From Salpingoeca rosetta (lineage: Eukaryota > Protista > Choanoflagellata), in assembly GCA_033442325.1 (NCBI GenBank), contig JAWQFM010000026.1:34522-98521 (forward strand): 64,000 nt of DNA. The letters run 5' to 3'. The translations under genes were made by a program, and so were the position numbers. How positions within the stretch are numbered: position 1 is the first letter of the stretch; each line of letters starts with the position of its first letter. Below the pieces are notes generated by a model. The model searched no databases and was not told the origin of the DNA. It saw only the letters and a program-made list of their open reading frames with translations. Of the stretch, positions 11,529-41,458 are shown one piece after another.

Positions 11529-11859
11529 CAGGTACACGTACCTGCAGCCGTGGACGAAAAAATCTGTGCGGCAGTCAATGGAGGGGTCGATGGTGTTGTT
11601 TGCCGTCTCCATCGTGATGTTCACACGCGATGTCTTGGAATTAAAGTGTGCATGATGTGTGATGAAGCAAAGTGAATCACGGATACAACACAGGAGGAGG
11701 AGGTGGTGGTGGTGGTGGAGGTGGTGGTGGTGGAGGAGGAGAGAGAGAGCAAACAAGGCATTGGTGATGGTGCAAACACAACGGGCGAGCGTTGACGATG
11801 GCATAGGAGAGCATACCACGACGGTGCTGTAGTCCTTGCCGACAGGGAACTGCGTGGAT

Positions 11860-11945
<86 letters not shown>

Positions 11946-12747
11946 NNNNNNNNNNNNNNNNNNNNNNNNNNNNNNNNNNNNNNNNNNNNNNNNNNNNNNN
12001 NNNNNNNNNNNNNNNNNNNNNNNNNNNNNNNNNNNNNNNNNNNNNNNNNNNNNNNNNNNNNNNNNNNNNNNNNNNNNNNNNNNNNNNNNNNNNNNNNNNN
12101 NNNNNNNNNNNNNNNNNNNNNNNNNNNNNNNNNNNNNNNNNNNNNNNNNNNNNNNNNNNNNNNNNNNNNNNNNNNNNNNNNNNNNNNNNNNNNNNNNNNN
12201 NNNNNNNNNNNNNNNNNNNNNNNNNNNNNNNNNNNNNNNNNNNNNNNNNNNNNNNNNNNNNNNNNNNNNNNNNNNNNNNNNNNNNNNNNNNNNNNNNNNN
12301 NNNNNNNNNNNNNNNNNNNNNNNNNNNNNNNNNNNNNNNNNNNNNNNNNNNNNNNNNNNNNNNNNNNNNNNNNNNNNNNNNNNNNNNNNNNNNNNNNNNN
12401 NNNNNNNNNNNNNNNNNNNNNNNNNNNNNNNNNNNNNNNNNNNNNNNNNNNNNNNNNNNNNNNNNNNNNNNNNNNNNNNNNNNNNNNNNNNNNNNNNNNN
12501 NNNNNNNNNNNNNNNNNNNNNNNNNNNNNNNNNNNNNNNNNNNNNNNNNNNNNNNNNNNNNNNNNNNNNNNNNNNNNNNNNNNNNNNNNNNNNNNNNNNN
12601 NNNNNNNNNNNNNNNNNNNNNNNNNNNNNNNNNNNTTTAAGATTTATGATAGATGGAGATGGTGACGTGATGGCGAGGAGAGAAGGTGGACATACTTGTA
12701 GACAGATGGGCATGTCAAATACAAAAAGAGAGAAAAAAAAAAATAAA

Positions 12748-12838
<91 letters not shown>

Positions 12839-13139
12839 ACACAGACACACACACACACACACACAGGCAGACAGAGGCACACACACACGCACACACACAC
12901 AGGCACACACACAGACACACACAGACACACACAGACACACACACACAGACACACACAGGCACACACAGAGAGACACACACACACACAGACACACACAGGC
13001 ACACACACATATAGACTTCCCCCCTCTCTCCCTCCCTCCATCAGGCTCACTCGTCAATGTCGCCGAGGCCGAGCTTGGCAAAGCAGCCCTGCATCCATGA
13101 GCAGGACCTGTCCATGGCCTCTGCATTTGTGAGGGACAT
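9454..13139 (-). CDS. P2RX: P2X purinoceptor (ATP-gated cation channel), interrupted by two assembly gaps
   Basis: Exon ~10307-9976 encodes [71 protein letters not shown] (pre-TM2 strand, TM2, YxxxK motif). It splices in phase to last exon 9595-9454. A further exon lies at ~11635-11541 and a probable first exon at 13139-~13051. TM1 and much of the ectodomain fall in N-gaps. Confidence 0.8.
10570..12635. other. Assembly gaps at 10570-11175 and 11946-12635; others at 25871-26039, 40904-41003, 45823-45922, 57339-57438 and 62494-62593
   Basis: Runs of n, usually adjoining microsatellites. Confidence 1.
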
Positions 13140-13418
13140 GGTGTTGGCCGACGAGATGGATGGATGGATGGATCGCACGGGAACGCAGTGCGTGTGTGTG
13201 TGTGTGTGTGTGTTGTGGTCTCAGCCGTGGTTGATGCGAGGAAGGACGGTTGGTTGATGAGTGACCAGCGAGCGGCGAGCGGCGAGCGGCGAGCGGCGAG
13301 CAATGCAGTGGCGTGTGGGCGTTGGTCGTGTTTGTGGTCCTGCGTGTGTGTGTTGGGTTGTTTTGCCTCTTGCTCCTCTCTCCTCCCAAAATAACACACA
13401 CAAGCAACAACAACGAAG
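13140..13418. promoter_or_regulatory. Short divergent intergenic region between P2X and the PTPMT1-like gene
   Basis: Inferred start codons ~280 bp apart, head-to-head; contains a (gagcggc)n tandem at ~13270-13300. Confidence 0.5.
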
Positions 13419-14914
<1,496 letters not shown>

Positions 14915-14930
14915 CGCGCCTTTTTCCTTT

Positions 14931-14987
<57 letters not shown>

Positions 14988-15356
14988 CTGAGCGCGCTGT
15001 ACACCTCTCCTCGAATGCGTTCGTCGTATTTGTGGGCTTGTTCGATGGTTTTGACGCTTGCATCTTTGCTTTTGCATCTTCGCTGTTGGTTGTGCAATCT
15101 GTATTTCTGGCAACACTACATATATTGTAACGAGTACGAACGAGTCTATCCTCGATCGAGCAGCAAACGGGTCAGCATCCACGCAGACGCGCGCGCACGT
15201 AGGAACATGCATTCACATACACATAGCCAATCCACACTCATCAAGCCATACATAATCCATGCCCACACATACACATACATCATGGTCAGCACACACACAC
15301 ACATACACATACATCATGGTCAGCACACACAACACACACACACACACACACATCAA

Positions 15357-15387
<31 letters not shown>

Positions 15388-15412
15388 TCAACAAACACCA
15401 AACGCCGCCACG

Positions 15413-18400
15413 TCAAACCACGGCAAGCATCCACTCGTGAACGGCCGAGTCAGCGTGGTCATCAAGGTGCAGCACACGGCCGCCGTTGTCATCATGATCA
15501 TCATCATGATCATCGTCATCGTCATCCTCGTCTTCATCACAGGTGCCAATGTAGCTGGTGTTGCAGCTGCTGTCTGGGCTGGCCTCTGCACTGCTGCCGG
15601 CCACCAGTGCGTGGTGGTGACACTCCGTCCCCGCGCTGCGCAGTTTCCTCATGCGTCGTCGTCGGCGTCGTCGTCGTGTGCGCCGCTTCTTCCACAGCAG
15701 CTTGAGCTCCGTGTACGCAATCAGGCCAGCAGCGGCAATGAGGAAGAACACCCACGTGATGCCCTCGGGCGTGCGCGCGCCAACAAACACTTGTAGGCCC
15801 GGCACATACACCAGGATGAGCATGATGCAGACGGCGACGATGGCGCCGTACACCGCCACGATGTTGTTCAGCGGGTTGGTGCGGAAGATGGACACGCGCC
15901 CAGACTTGATCACCCACAGGTGCACTGCCTGTCCCAGGATGAGCGTCATGTACCACGCAGCCGTCGCCTGCCCGGCAATCTCCTCCTGCTGCGCGGGCGT
16001 GAAGCAGCGGCCGTCCGACAGGCACAGCGGGTCTGGGTTGGCGCGGAAGTGGTTGTCGCCCTTCAGAAACACGTCGCCAAGCGTGAGCCCGTGGGAGGAG
16101 AACACGTGCACATATGCGAGGAAGCAGGCAACCATCTCAATGCCGCCGGCAATGAGGTACGAGTACGTGAGCAGCTCCCTGTTGACCATCTTCTTCTTCT
16201 TCGAGCGTGGGCGCCGCTTCATGATGCCGGGCTCGGCCGGCTCGTACGCGAGCGAGATGCCAGCCGCCATCTCCGTGCCCAGGTCGATGCTCAGGATCTG
16301 CAGCGACGTGAGGCCAATGGGCAGGCCGAGGGCAAGGTTCATGAGGACGGGCACAATCTCGGGCATGAGGTGGGTGAGGAGGTAGCGGATGGTCTTGCGC
16401 AGGTTGTCCATGATGAGCCGGCCCTGTTCAACGCCCAGCACAATGGATGCAAAGTTGTCGTCCATCAGGAGGGTGTCGGCCGCCTCCTTTGCCACGGCGT
16501 TGCCCTTGATGCCCATCGCAATGCCAATGTCAGCCTGCTTCAGCGCGGGTGCGTCGTTCACGCCGTCGCCAGTCACAGCAACAATCTCCCCAAACCGCTG
16601 GCACGCCTCCACAATCGTCAGCTTCTGCTGCGGGGTTGCGCGTGCAAACACGGCGCCGGGCAGCGACAGCACGCGTCGCCAGTGGTCGTCCGTGAACTTG
16701 TCGACAGAGTGGCTCATGTACACGCCGGGCTGGAACTCCCCCGGGATGGGGTCCGCTGCAGGGTGGTGGGCGACCGCGTTGAGGTGGTGCTCGTCCTCAT
16801 CGTCAATATCACCGCCGTTGGTGCTGGTGAGGATGCCAACTTCCCTGGCAATGGCCGCCGCCGTGAGGGCGTGATCGCCAGTCACCATGTACACCTTGAT
16901 GCCTGCCGTGCGGCACGCAGCCACCGCCCTGTCCACGTTGGGCCGGGGTGGGTCCGCCAGCGCACACAGACCAAGCAGCACGTATCCCTCCAGTGGTGCG
17001 TTGTCCTCTGTCAGCTCCGTGTCATCCTCACCATCGTCGTCATCATCATCGTGCGTCATGCGTGGGACGAGGCGCGCACACAGACCAATGACGCGCCAGC
17101 TCTTGCCACCAAACCGCTCCAGGGCGGCGGTGAACTCGCGCTCAAAGTCGGCGTTGATGGGGATGACCTCGCCGTTCATCATGTACGAATCACACTTGGA
17201 CAGCACAATCTCGGGCGCGCCCTTGAGCATCGCAACGTCCATGTCGCTCGTCGCCGTGATGGCGGGCGTCGTCGTGGCAGTGGCGGTCGAGTCCTGCGTG
17301 GTGTCAGTCGTAGCACCAGCAGTAGCAGTAGCAGTGGAGCCGCCTGTGTTGCTGCTGCTGCTGTTGTTGTTGTTGTTGTTGTTGTTGTTGTCGTGTGCGA
17401 GCACGTTGGCTGCGGCGCGGACACGCGGGTCGGTGGGCCGGCCAATGACCAGCTGCCACTTATTGCGCGAGTTGAAGGGTATCTCGCCCACGATGTCAAA
17501 CTGCTTGCGGCGCAGGTCCGTGTGGTAGTGCCGGTCTGTGAGCTGCAGCAGGGCGGCGTCTGAGGGATTGCCGATGTACTCGCTCTCGTCAGACACGCTC
17601 TTGGTCATCTGGCGCGTGGCGTGGTTGCACACGCACGCAACCGTGCTCAGCCAGTGCAGGGTGGTGGTGTCGTTGTGTGCAGTGGGGAAGGCGGCGGTGA
17701 GGTTGTGGCTGCCGAGGTCCGTGTACACAACGCGGTTGCTCCACAGCGCGCGCGCGGACATCCTGTTCTGGGTGATGGTGCCTGTTTTGTCCGAGGCGAT
17801 GACAGAGGCGGAGCCAAGCGTCTCCACCACGGCCAGCCGCTTGACAAACATGTTGTTGGCTGCCATGCGACGCGCGGTGATGGTGAGGAGGGAGGTGACC
17901 GTGGCGGGCAGGCCCTGGGGCACGTTGGCGACAATGACGATGAGGAAGCCGTTGATGAAGATGTAGAGGGCGTTGTCGCCCTTCTGCCGGCCGACGCCAA
18001 TGGCAAAGAACACCGCAGCCATGCTGATGGCCAGTACCGCCACGAACCGCACAAACGACGTCACCTCCCGCCCGAGCCGCGTGTCTGTGGAGCCAGCGGC
18101 TGCTGTTGCCGATGCAATCTTGCCAATCATGGTGTTGTCGCCCGTCCGCACCACCACGGCCGTGGCAGAGCCCTGCAGGCACTGGGAGCCCGAGAAGCCA
18201 AGGCAGGTTGCCTCGTGGGCGGCCGTGCCGGGGGTGGCAGCCTCAACCGTGCCGACAATCGGGGTGGACTCGCCCGTGAGGGAGGAGCACTCCACGCGCA
18301 GGGCGCTGCAGTGAAGGATGCGAACGTCCGCAGGCACGATGTCGCCCTCCTTGAAGACGATGATGTCGCCGACAACCAGGTGCGCTGCCTCCACCTCCAT

Positions 18401-18931
18401 CTGGGCACCGTCACGCACGACGAGCGCCTTGGGCGGGGAGAGGTCTGCAAACAGCGACATGAGGTTGGATGTCTTGCGTTCCTGCAAGAACGACATGAAG
18501 CTGGTGACAAGCACGACCGCAAACAGGATGACGCCGAGCCAGAGGTTGAGCGGCTCCGTGGTGTCGAGGCCGTACGCGACCCAGCTGAGGATGGCGGCGG
18601 CAAGCAGCATGAGCATAAACGGGTCCAGCAGCTGCCGCAAGAAGATGACCCACTGCGGCGTGCGCTTGGGCGGCGTGAGGACGTTGGGGCCATCCTCCTC
18701 AAGACGGTGCTGCGCCTCCTCTGTGCTCAGGCCCTGGGCACTCTTCAATGCACCGTCCTCGGAAACAACGATGCGGCTCTTGGGGAAGGAGTCTGCCACG
18801 TCGCGTATCGACTGCACATGCTCGTTGCCGGCTGTCGCTTGCTCTTCAGCGCCCTTGTTGTTGTGGCTGTTGTGGTTGTTGGTGGTGGTGGCCGGCCCGT
18901 GGCCTGCCTCCTCAAGCTTCTTGTGTTTTGT
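15413..18931 (-). CDS. Divergent P2C-type (Na,K/H,K-like) P-type ATPase alpha; one ~3.5 kb exon, with small upstream exon(s) to ~19500 uncertain
   Basis: SSLTGES, IVANVPQGLPATVT, VETLGSASVIASDKTGTITQNRM, IPFNSRNKWQL, KGAPE, DPPR, MVTGDH, VTGDGVNDAPALKQADIGIAMG, DDNFASIV, ILSIDLGTEMAAGISLAYE. Confidence 0.92.
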   Translation of the reverse strand, partial: TKHKKLEEAGHGPATTTNNHNSHNNKGAEEQATAGNEHVQSIRDVADSFPKSRIVVSEDGALKSAQGLSTEEAQHRLEEDGPNVLTPPKRTPQWVIFLRQLLDPFMLMLLAAAILSWVAYGLDTTEPLNLWLGVILFAVVLVTSFMSFLQERKTSNLMSLFADLSPPKALVVRDGAQMEVEAAHLVVGDIIVFKEGDIVPADVRILHCSALRVECSSLTGESTPIVGTVEAATPGTAAHEATCLGFSGSQCLQGSATAVVVRTGDNTMIGKIASATAAAGSTDTRLGREVTSFVRFVAVLAISMAAVFFAIGVGRQKGDNALYIFINGFLIVIVANVPQGLPATVTSLLTITARRMAANNMFVKRLAVVETLGSASVIASDKTGTITQNRMSARALWSNRVVYTDLGSHNLTAAFPTAHNDTTTLHWLSTVACVCNHATRQMTKSVSDESEYIGNPSDAALLQLTDRHYHTDLRRKQFDIVGEIPFNSRNKWQLVIGRPTDPRVRAAANVLAHDNNNNNNNNNSSSSNTGGSTATATAGATTDTTQDSTATATTTPAITATSDMDVAMLKGAPEIVLSKCDSYMMNGEVIPINADFEREFTAALERFGGKSWRVIGLCARLVPRMTHDDDDDDGEDDTELTEDNAPLEGYVLLGLCALADPPRPNVDRAVAACRTAGIKVYMVTGDHALTAAAIAREVGILTSTNGGDIDDEDEHHLNAVAHHPAADPIPGEFQPGVYMSHSVDKFTDDHWRRVLSLPGAVFARATPQQKLTIVEACQRFGEIVAVTGDGVNDAPALKQADIGIAMGIKGNAVAKEAADTLLMDDNFASIVLGVEQGRLIMDNLRKTIRYLLTHLMPEIVPVLMNLALGLPIGLTSLQILSIDLGTEMAAGISLAYEPAEPGIMKRRPRSKKKKMVNRELLTYSYLIAGGIEMVACFLAYVHVFSSHGLTLGDVFLKGDNHFRANPDPLCLSDGRCFTPAQQEEIAGQATAAWYMTLILGQAVHLWVIKSGRVSIFRTNPLNNIVAVYGAIVAVCIMLILVYVPGLQVFVGARTPEGITWVFFLIAAAGLIAYTELKLLWKKRRTRRRRRRRRMRKLRSAGTECHHHALVAGSSAEASPDSSCNTSYIGTCDEDEDDDDDDHDDDHDDNGGRVLHLDDHADSAVHEWMLAVV

Positions 18932-19027
18932 CTGTGGGATGAGGGTTGGATGGTGTGGGAACATGGGGGGGGGTTGCAATGATGCAAAGACGCAAAGATA
19001 TGGTGGTGAGCAGGACTTCCTCTGTAT

Positions 19028-19102
<75 letters not shown>

Positions 19103-20802
19103 AGGGACACCACGGGCAGGTGACACAGCAACAAGAGGTGCCGTGTCATACAATACATCACAGCAGCAGGTGAGCACACCACTCACGACGCACCTGCAGC
19201 GCAGACGTTGCTGCGGGTGGCATGGTGGGGTTGGTGCGTTGAGTCCACGATGATGGGAGAGGCAAGGAAAATGCGTTGTGGTGGCAGAGCGTGAGCACAT
19301 GAATCAAACGGAGAGATGGGGGAGAGAGAGGGAGAGACAAAGCAAGCGCCGTACATGCGCGCCTTTCTCACACACAAGCACTCAGGCATGTGCAGGGAGG
19401 GAGACAACCGCGCATTCATTCTCCCCACACGCATGCTCGCAAAGCATCAGCACCTGTGGCGTGGGAAGAGGACGAGAGCAAACTGGCAGCACATCAGCAT
19501 GCACGTGGCCGCAACGGCAGTGTGTGTGTGTGTGTGTGTTTATGTGTTTATGTGAGTGTGTGTGTGTGTGTGTGTGTTTATGTGAGTGTGTGTGCGTGTG
19601 TGTGATTGTGGTGACAGATGGCGTTCCCAGCGCGCTTAGCACAGCAGCGGCGCTTGCTTTGCAGCCATGATCACCATGATCATTGCTGGATTTTCCGCTT
19701 GCACACGCCTGAAGCGTCAGCAGAAGCAGACCGACATGCTGTCATGCTTTAAGCACAACAACGTCATGTCATGTGTGTGTGTGTGTGTGTGCTGATGTGA
19801 CACACACGCGCCAGGGCGCTGATGCTCACCCACGTCAGTGCATGCCATGTGGGTGCTGACGCTCGCCGCAAACGCGCTTGGTGTGGCGTGGTGGTGGTGT
19901 CCGCCAAAAAAAAAAACCAACAACAATGAACGACATCACAAATTATTGAAGTCAGTTGTATTCTCCCATCGAATCAGTTGACACAATACGGACAATCAAT
20001 TACAGGAAGCGGACTTGTCCGAATTCCGTTGCGTTGGGGCCTGCGCAAAACTTGTGGCTTTTTCGGTTCTTGCTTCACTGCTTGTGCGTTTTTTTGTTTG
20101 GGTTGGCTGGATTGATTGCACCAGAGCCAGCCAGCCAGTACAGACCTCGCTCGCTCACTTCACTTACCAACCGCGAACACATTGCCAGGCTTGCTTGCCA
20201 TCGTGGCCGATCCTGCACTCTGTGACAGCTAAACAAGCACAAGGTGAGCGTGAGGGTCCTCGTGCGGTGGCAGCAGCACAATCTGTCAAGGGAGAGGGAG
20301 AGAGGGGAGAGGGAACAAAGCCCTCTCTGTTCTCTCTTCCAGCCGCGGCGCGCGCGAAAACCGTTCGGCATCGCCAATCACCACACTCTCACGACTGTTA
20401 CTTTTCACATATGTGACAAGTGATCAATCGGGCGTCTTGCACCACACACACACACACGCACACACACACGCACACACACACACGCACACACTGGCTGTTC
20501 TTGACTCTCAGCCTGCGTGAGTGCGCGGTCAGTTGGTTGCGCTTGGTGTACGGCAGGTTCATTTTTTCGTACGCTGCTTTCGTTCTCAACACCGCGCCAC
20601 ACACGCGATCACTTCCGACGACCGCTCTCACTTTCCTCGTGCTCTCACCTTCCACGCCTTGCTCTCTCGTGGCCTTGCTTCTTGTTTGGTTGTTTGGCTG
20701 GCGTGTGTTCTTGCTCTGCCGCATTTTTCCAGTTCCTTCCCCCGACTCCCCTGCCTGCCACGGCCCATTGTCCTAGCCACACCAAACCGCAGTCCGACCG
20801 CC

Positions 20803-26837
<6,035 letters not shown>

Positions 26838-27526
26838 TGATGCCCCTGTTGTTGGCGGTGTGGGCGTGGTTGCAGGGTTGAGTGTGCTGTTGGTGTCGTT
26901 GGTGTCGTTGGTGTGTGGACTGCCGTGCGTCTGTCATCGCACACATGAACGTTATACCGTTTGCAACTCCCTCTTTTGTCTTTTTCCCACACCGTCTTGC
27001 GTATCTGCTGTTGCGTTTACTCCTTGGTTCTCCCTCTCCATACACACATGTTGCTCGTTCTTTGCGTTTCTGGTGCTCAACGTGCGTCTTGGTGTTTTGG
27101 TTTTCGTTTACAACGGTTGGCCGTGCGTTGGGTTTGCGTGATGGCTGGCGTCAAATCACAACATCCATTGAAGAGAATGAAGCACAACCACAATGGAAGG
27201 GGGAAACAGCACTGCACGCAATGGAACAACAACAAGCAAACACAGGAACAAGGCAGAACCACAAGAAGAAGACACAAAATGAACGAATTCCATGACCAAG
27301 AGTGTGGGCAGGCACAGATCAACGCTATATGTAATTGCCGCTCGCGTGGGCTGTTGGTGTTAACGTAAACCAACAGCAATCACAGCAGTGGACAGGCATG
27401 CATGATCAAGAAGAAAGGGCGCGGGCGAGCAGTCGAGAGTGTGCGTGGGGGGGGGGCGTATTTTGTCATTGTTGAGTGGTGTCGTGTGTGTGGAGGTGGA
27501 TGGTCGATGAGGTGAGGCGGGTGCAC

Positions 27527-27934
27527 TCAGATCTCCGGGATGGTGTGGTCCATGTACTTCTTGATGAGGGACGAGCCAATCTTCTTGATGAGGTGGTTGT
27601 AGATGAAGGTCGGCATGATGGTCAGCGTCACCGACGGCGGGCTCTCCTTGATCACAGACACAATGCCCTGATGGGTGCAGCAGCAACAGATGAGATTGGT
27701 CGTGTGAGAAAGAGGGGAGGGTCGTGGTGATGGATGGTGAGGGAACGTCAGTTGAAGTGGAGCAGGCACACAAACAGATGAGCACAGAGAGACAGGCAGA
27801 TGTGTAGAAAGATTGGAGAAGTTACGGACATAGGCATAGACATAGACAGAGGCACAGACACGCACACACACGCGCGCACGCACAGAGGACACACAGACAC
27901 AGACATAAGACACACACACACACACGCACAGAGG

Positions 27935-27966
<32 letters not shown>

Positions 27967-29406
27967 ACACACACGCAGGATACACACACACACACACACA
28001 CGCACGCACGCACCTTGTCTGTCATGCCAACGACGTTCTGGCCGTTGACCTCGATGAGGCGGTGGTTGATGAGGAGACCGTTGCGCGCCGCAGACGAGTC
28101 CTTGACAATGTTGGAGACAGACCCGCCACGCACGGTGAAGCCGCAGTGGTTGAGCGAGTCCTTGCGGACGGTGAGGGAGCGACACCATGGGCGGTCGCGG
28201 ATGGCGAGCACAACCCGCTCCTCCGGCGCACTCTTCAGCGCACGCAGCGCCTTGGAGTCGCTGAAGCCAGCCACGTTCTGGCCGTTGATCTGTTGAGGTG
28301 GTGGTGGTCGTGTTGGTGGTGTTGAGTGGAGATGGTAGCTGAGGTGAGTGGTTGAAGGACCCAAAGAAGCAGGGATGCTGGCAATAAGAAGGGGGGGGGG
28401 TTGGATGACACACTCAGTCCATGCACACACACGTACACACGTACACACGTACACACGTACATATACACACACACACGTACACACGTACACACGTACATAC
28501 ACACACACACACACACAACACGCACACACACCTGGAGGATTTGGTCGCCAAAGCGGAGGCCGGCCATGGCGGCGGCGCTGTTGGACCAGACAAACGAGAC
28601 AAAGACGCCCTTGTCAATGGCCTTCACCGCAATGCCAAGCTTGCCCTCCTGGCTCTTGGCCAGCACAATCTCCCGCACGCCCTGGCGGATGGTGCCGGCG
28701 ACAAGGCCGCGGTCTGTCTGTGGGGTGAGCGCCGCAATGGCGTGCGAGCCGGGGAGGTCCTGACGCGGCATGACGGCGCGCTGCTCCGGAGGCGGCATGG
28801 TGGCCACCTGCATCTGGTAGTCGTGCTGCATCTGGTGCTGCACCTCGGCCGGCATCTGCGACATGATGGCCTGGGGCGATGTGTCGATGCCGAGGTAGTC
28901 CACGCCAAGGTCCTCCATCAGGCTGGCGTAGGGGCTCTGGTAGGTTGTGGCCACGGTGGTCGTGGTGGTTGTCGCCTGTGGCGGAGGCGGGGCGCCGTAA
29001 GGCCCAGACATGGCTGACGAGTACGACGACGCCATGGACGGCGCCGACGATGAGGACGCATACGAGGGCGGCTGCTGGTACGGCTGCTGCTGCTGTTGTG
29101 ACGCGGCGGTCAGCGCAATGGCAGCACGCGCCTGCCAATGGGAAGGACGGGAAAAACACACACAAAAAGAACACAAACACAGCAACGTTCGTGCGAGTGA
29201 GGGAATGGGGAAAAGGCAGGCAGGTGGTGACAATGCGCATGCATTGTGCGTGTGTCTGCATGTGTGAGCGAACAAGGTTCGCGTTCAGGGTTCGCGTTTG
29301 CATTTGGAAAAAACAGGAAGGACACCACGCAGCACGGCACAACTCAATATGAACATACCTCCTTGTCAACAGTCATATCCTCGAGCGTGGGGTAAAGCCC
29401 AGACAT
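27527..29406 (-). CDS. SDCBP: Syntenin (tandem PDZ adaptor)
   Basis: First exon MSGLYPTLEDMTVDKE; PDZ1 IRQGVREIVLAKSQEGKLGI..GLRFGDQILQINGQNVAG; linker IRDRPWCRSLTVRKDS; PDZ2 SSAARNGLLINHRLIEVNGQNVVG; C-terminus KKYMDHTIPEI*. Confidence 0.95.
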
Positions 29407-30225
29407 GATTGGTTGCTCTTGCTTCCTTTTTGTGTGTGAAAGGGGAGGAACGCGGATCGATCGATCAATGGATGGATGCTGCAGATGTGTGGGTCGTTCG
29501 TTGGATGTGAGCGGTGTCTGCGAGGAGATATAAAGTGGAATGAGGTGGGGATATGGAAGGATGGTTGGTTGGTGGTGGTGGTGGGGAATCGCAGGTGTGG
29601 ATGAATGCTGCTTGTCGTTGTGTGTGGAACACCAGTCTTGCTTGCCTTCTCGCCTTGCTTGCGTTGCGCCGCCCAGCTGATGACTCATCACGCTCAGAGC
29701 ATTGAGAACTTTCCGCGCAATTTTTTAATTATTGTGCCAGTGTTTGCCGATGGGCCCGTACCATACAGCCAGTAAATTTTTTGTGAGGCAAATTACATTT
29801 TGCCCACAATGCCCAAAGAACGTTTGCAAGGAACTGTGGCAAAATGCCTGCATTGCCGCAAGCAAGGCGGACTTTGCGCACTTGGCTTCTTCTTCACATT
29901 GATTGGAGGAATCAAAAGGTGTGGTGTGTGTGTGTGGAGGAAGCACTAACGCGCGGCCTCGCTGCCATCAAGATCGTCGTTGTCGCTGCCTGTGTATTGT
30001 GTCTTGGGACTGCACGACACAACGTTGAAGCACGACTGCTGCTGAAGAGCATTCACTCTGTGCAGGCGAAGAGGGTGGCTGGGAGAGTCGTGAGAACACA
30101 CACACACACACAGACACACAGACACACATACACACAGACACATACACACAGACACACAGACACACATACAGCACAGACACACATACAGCACAGACAGCAC
30201 ACACACAAACACACACACACACAAT

Positions 30226-37117
<6,892 letters not shown>

Positions 37118-37190
37118 ACCCGGTTACTTTGCACCACAAAGGTCGCTCAGCCCAGCAGCGATGGTTGGGCCTGATTGGCAATGCGTGCAC

Positions 37191-37270
<80 letters not shown>

Positions 37271-37961
37271 CATGCATTGCATGTGCACACACGTGCATGT
37301 GCACGCATGTGAATTTGTGTGTTCATGCGCCGGAAACAAGTGCGTGTCGCCTCCCTCCCTGTCGGCGACAATCTCGCTCCCCCATCTGCCACTTCCATAT
37401 CCCATTCCTTTCCTCTCTCTCTCTCTCTCTCTTTCTCTCTCCTCGCGTAGGCTCGCTCTTGTGCTCGTTTGCTGTGCTGATAATTGTCTTCTTTTCTTCA
37501 CGTCCCCTCGTTGGCATGATCTTGCGCCAAGGTTGCTTGCTTCGTGCCTTGTTTCTTGTTGGTTCTAAATGAAAAAAACAAACAAAACCAATGAACCATT
37601 TCTGCAAAGCGGCTTCAGCTATCACGCGCACCCCCCCCCCTCTCTCTCTCTCGCTCCCAAACACAGCAGCTCAGGGCAGCACAACACAATACAACAGCGT
37701 GCCACCGTTGAAACGCCAACCAAACCACCAAACAAGCACTACAAAACACAGTTGTGCGCACCTTCAAAGACAACGCAAGATCATGGACAAGGGCATGGAA
37801 AGAGGAAGGTTCACAGACGGCGTTCACAGTTCACAGCGCCACGTGCACCATCGCCACTGACAGCACAAGCACACATACACGCGCGCGCAGGTATACATGT
37901 GCACGCATACACACATACACAAACACATGCGCGTGTGTGCACATGTTCGTTGCACCACAGT

Positions 37962-41319
<3,358 letters not shown>

Positions 41320-41402
41320 CCTGACTTGCCTTGCTTACTTTGTTGTGTGTTGTGTGTTGTGTTCGCGTGCGCTTGACACTGCCTATTTGTTCAACTCACT
41401 GT

Positions 41403-41458
41403 GTTCACGTGTGTGCGTTCACGTGTGTGCGTTCACGTGTGTGCGTTCACGTGTGTGC
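41403..41458 (+). repeat. 14-bp tandem repeat x4, each unit containing CACGTG
   Basis: (gttcacgtgtgtgc)4 lies ~85-140 bp upstream of the ankyrin gene ATG. Confidence 0.9.

Noticed and set aside
19915-20110. AT-richer islands here and at ~3900-4000, 29700-29830 and 51410-51500 as foreign inserts
   Set aside because: They lie between divergently transcribed genes, grade into host-like sequence and lack dense pairing, so they are most simply promoters.
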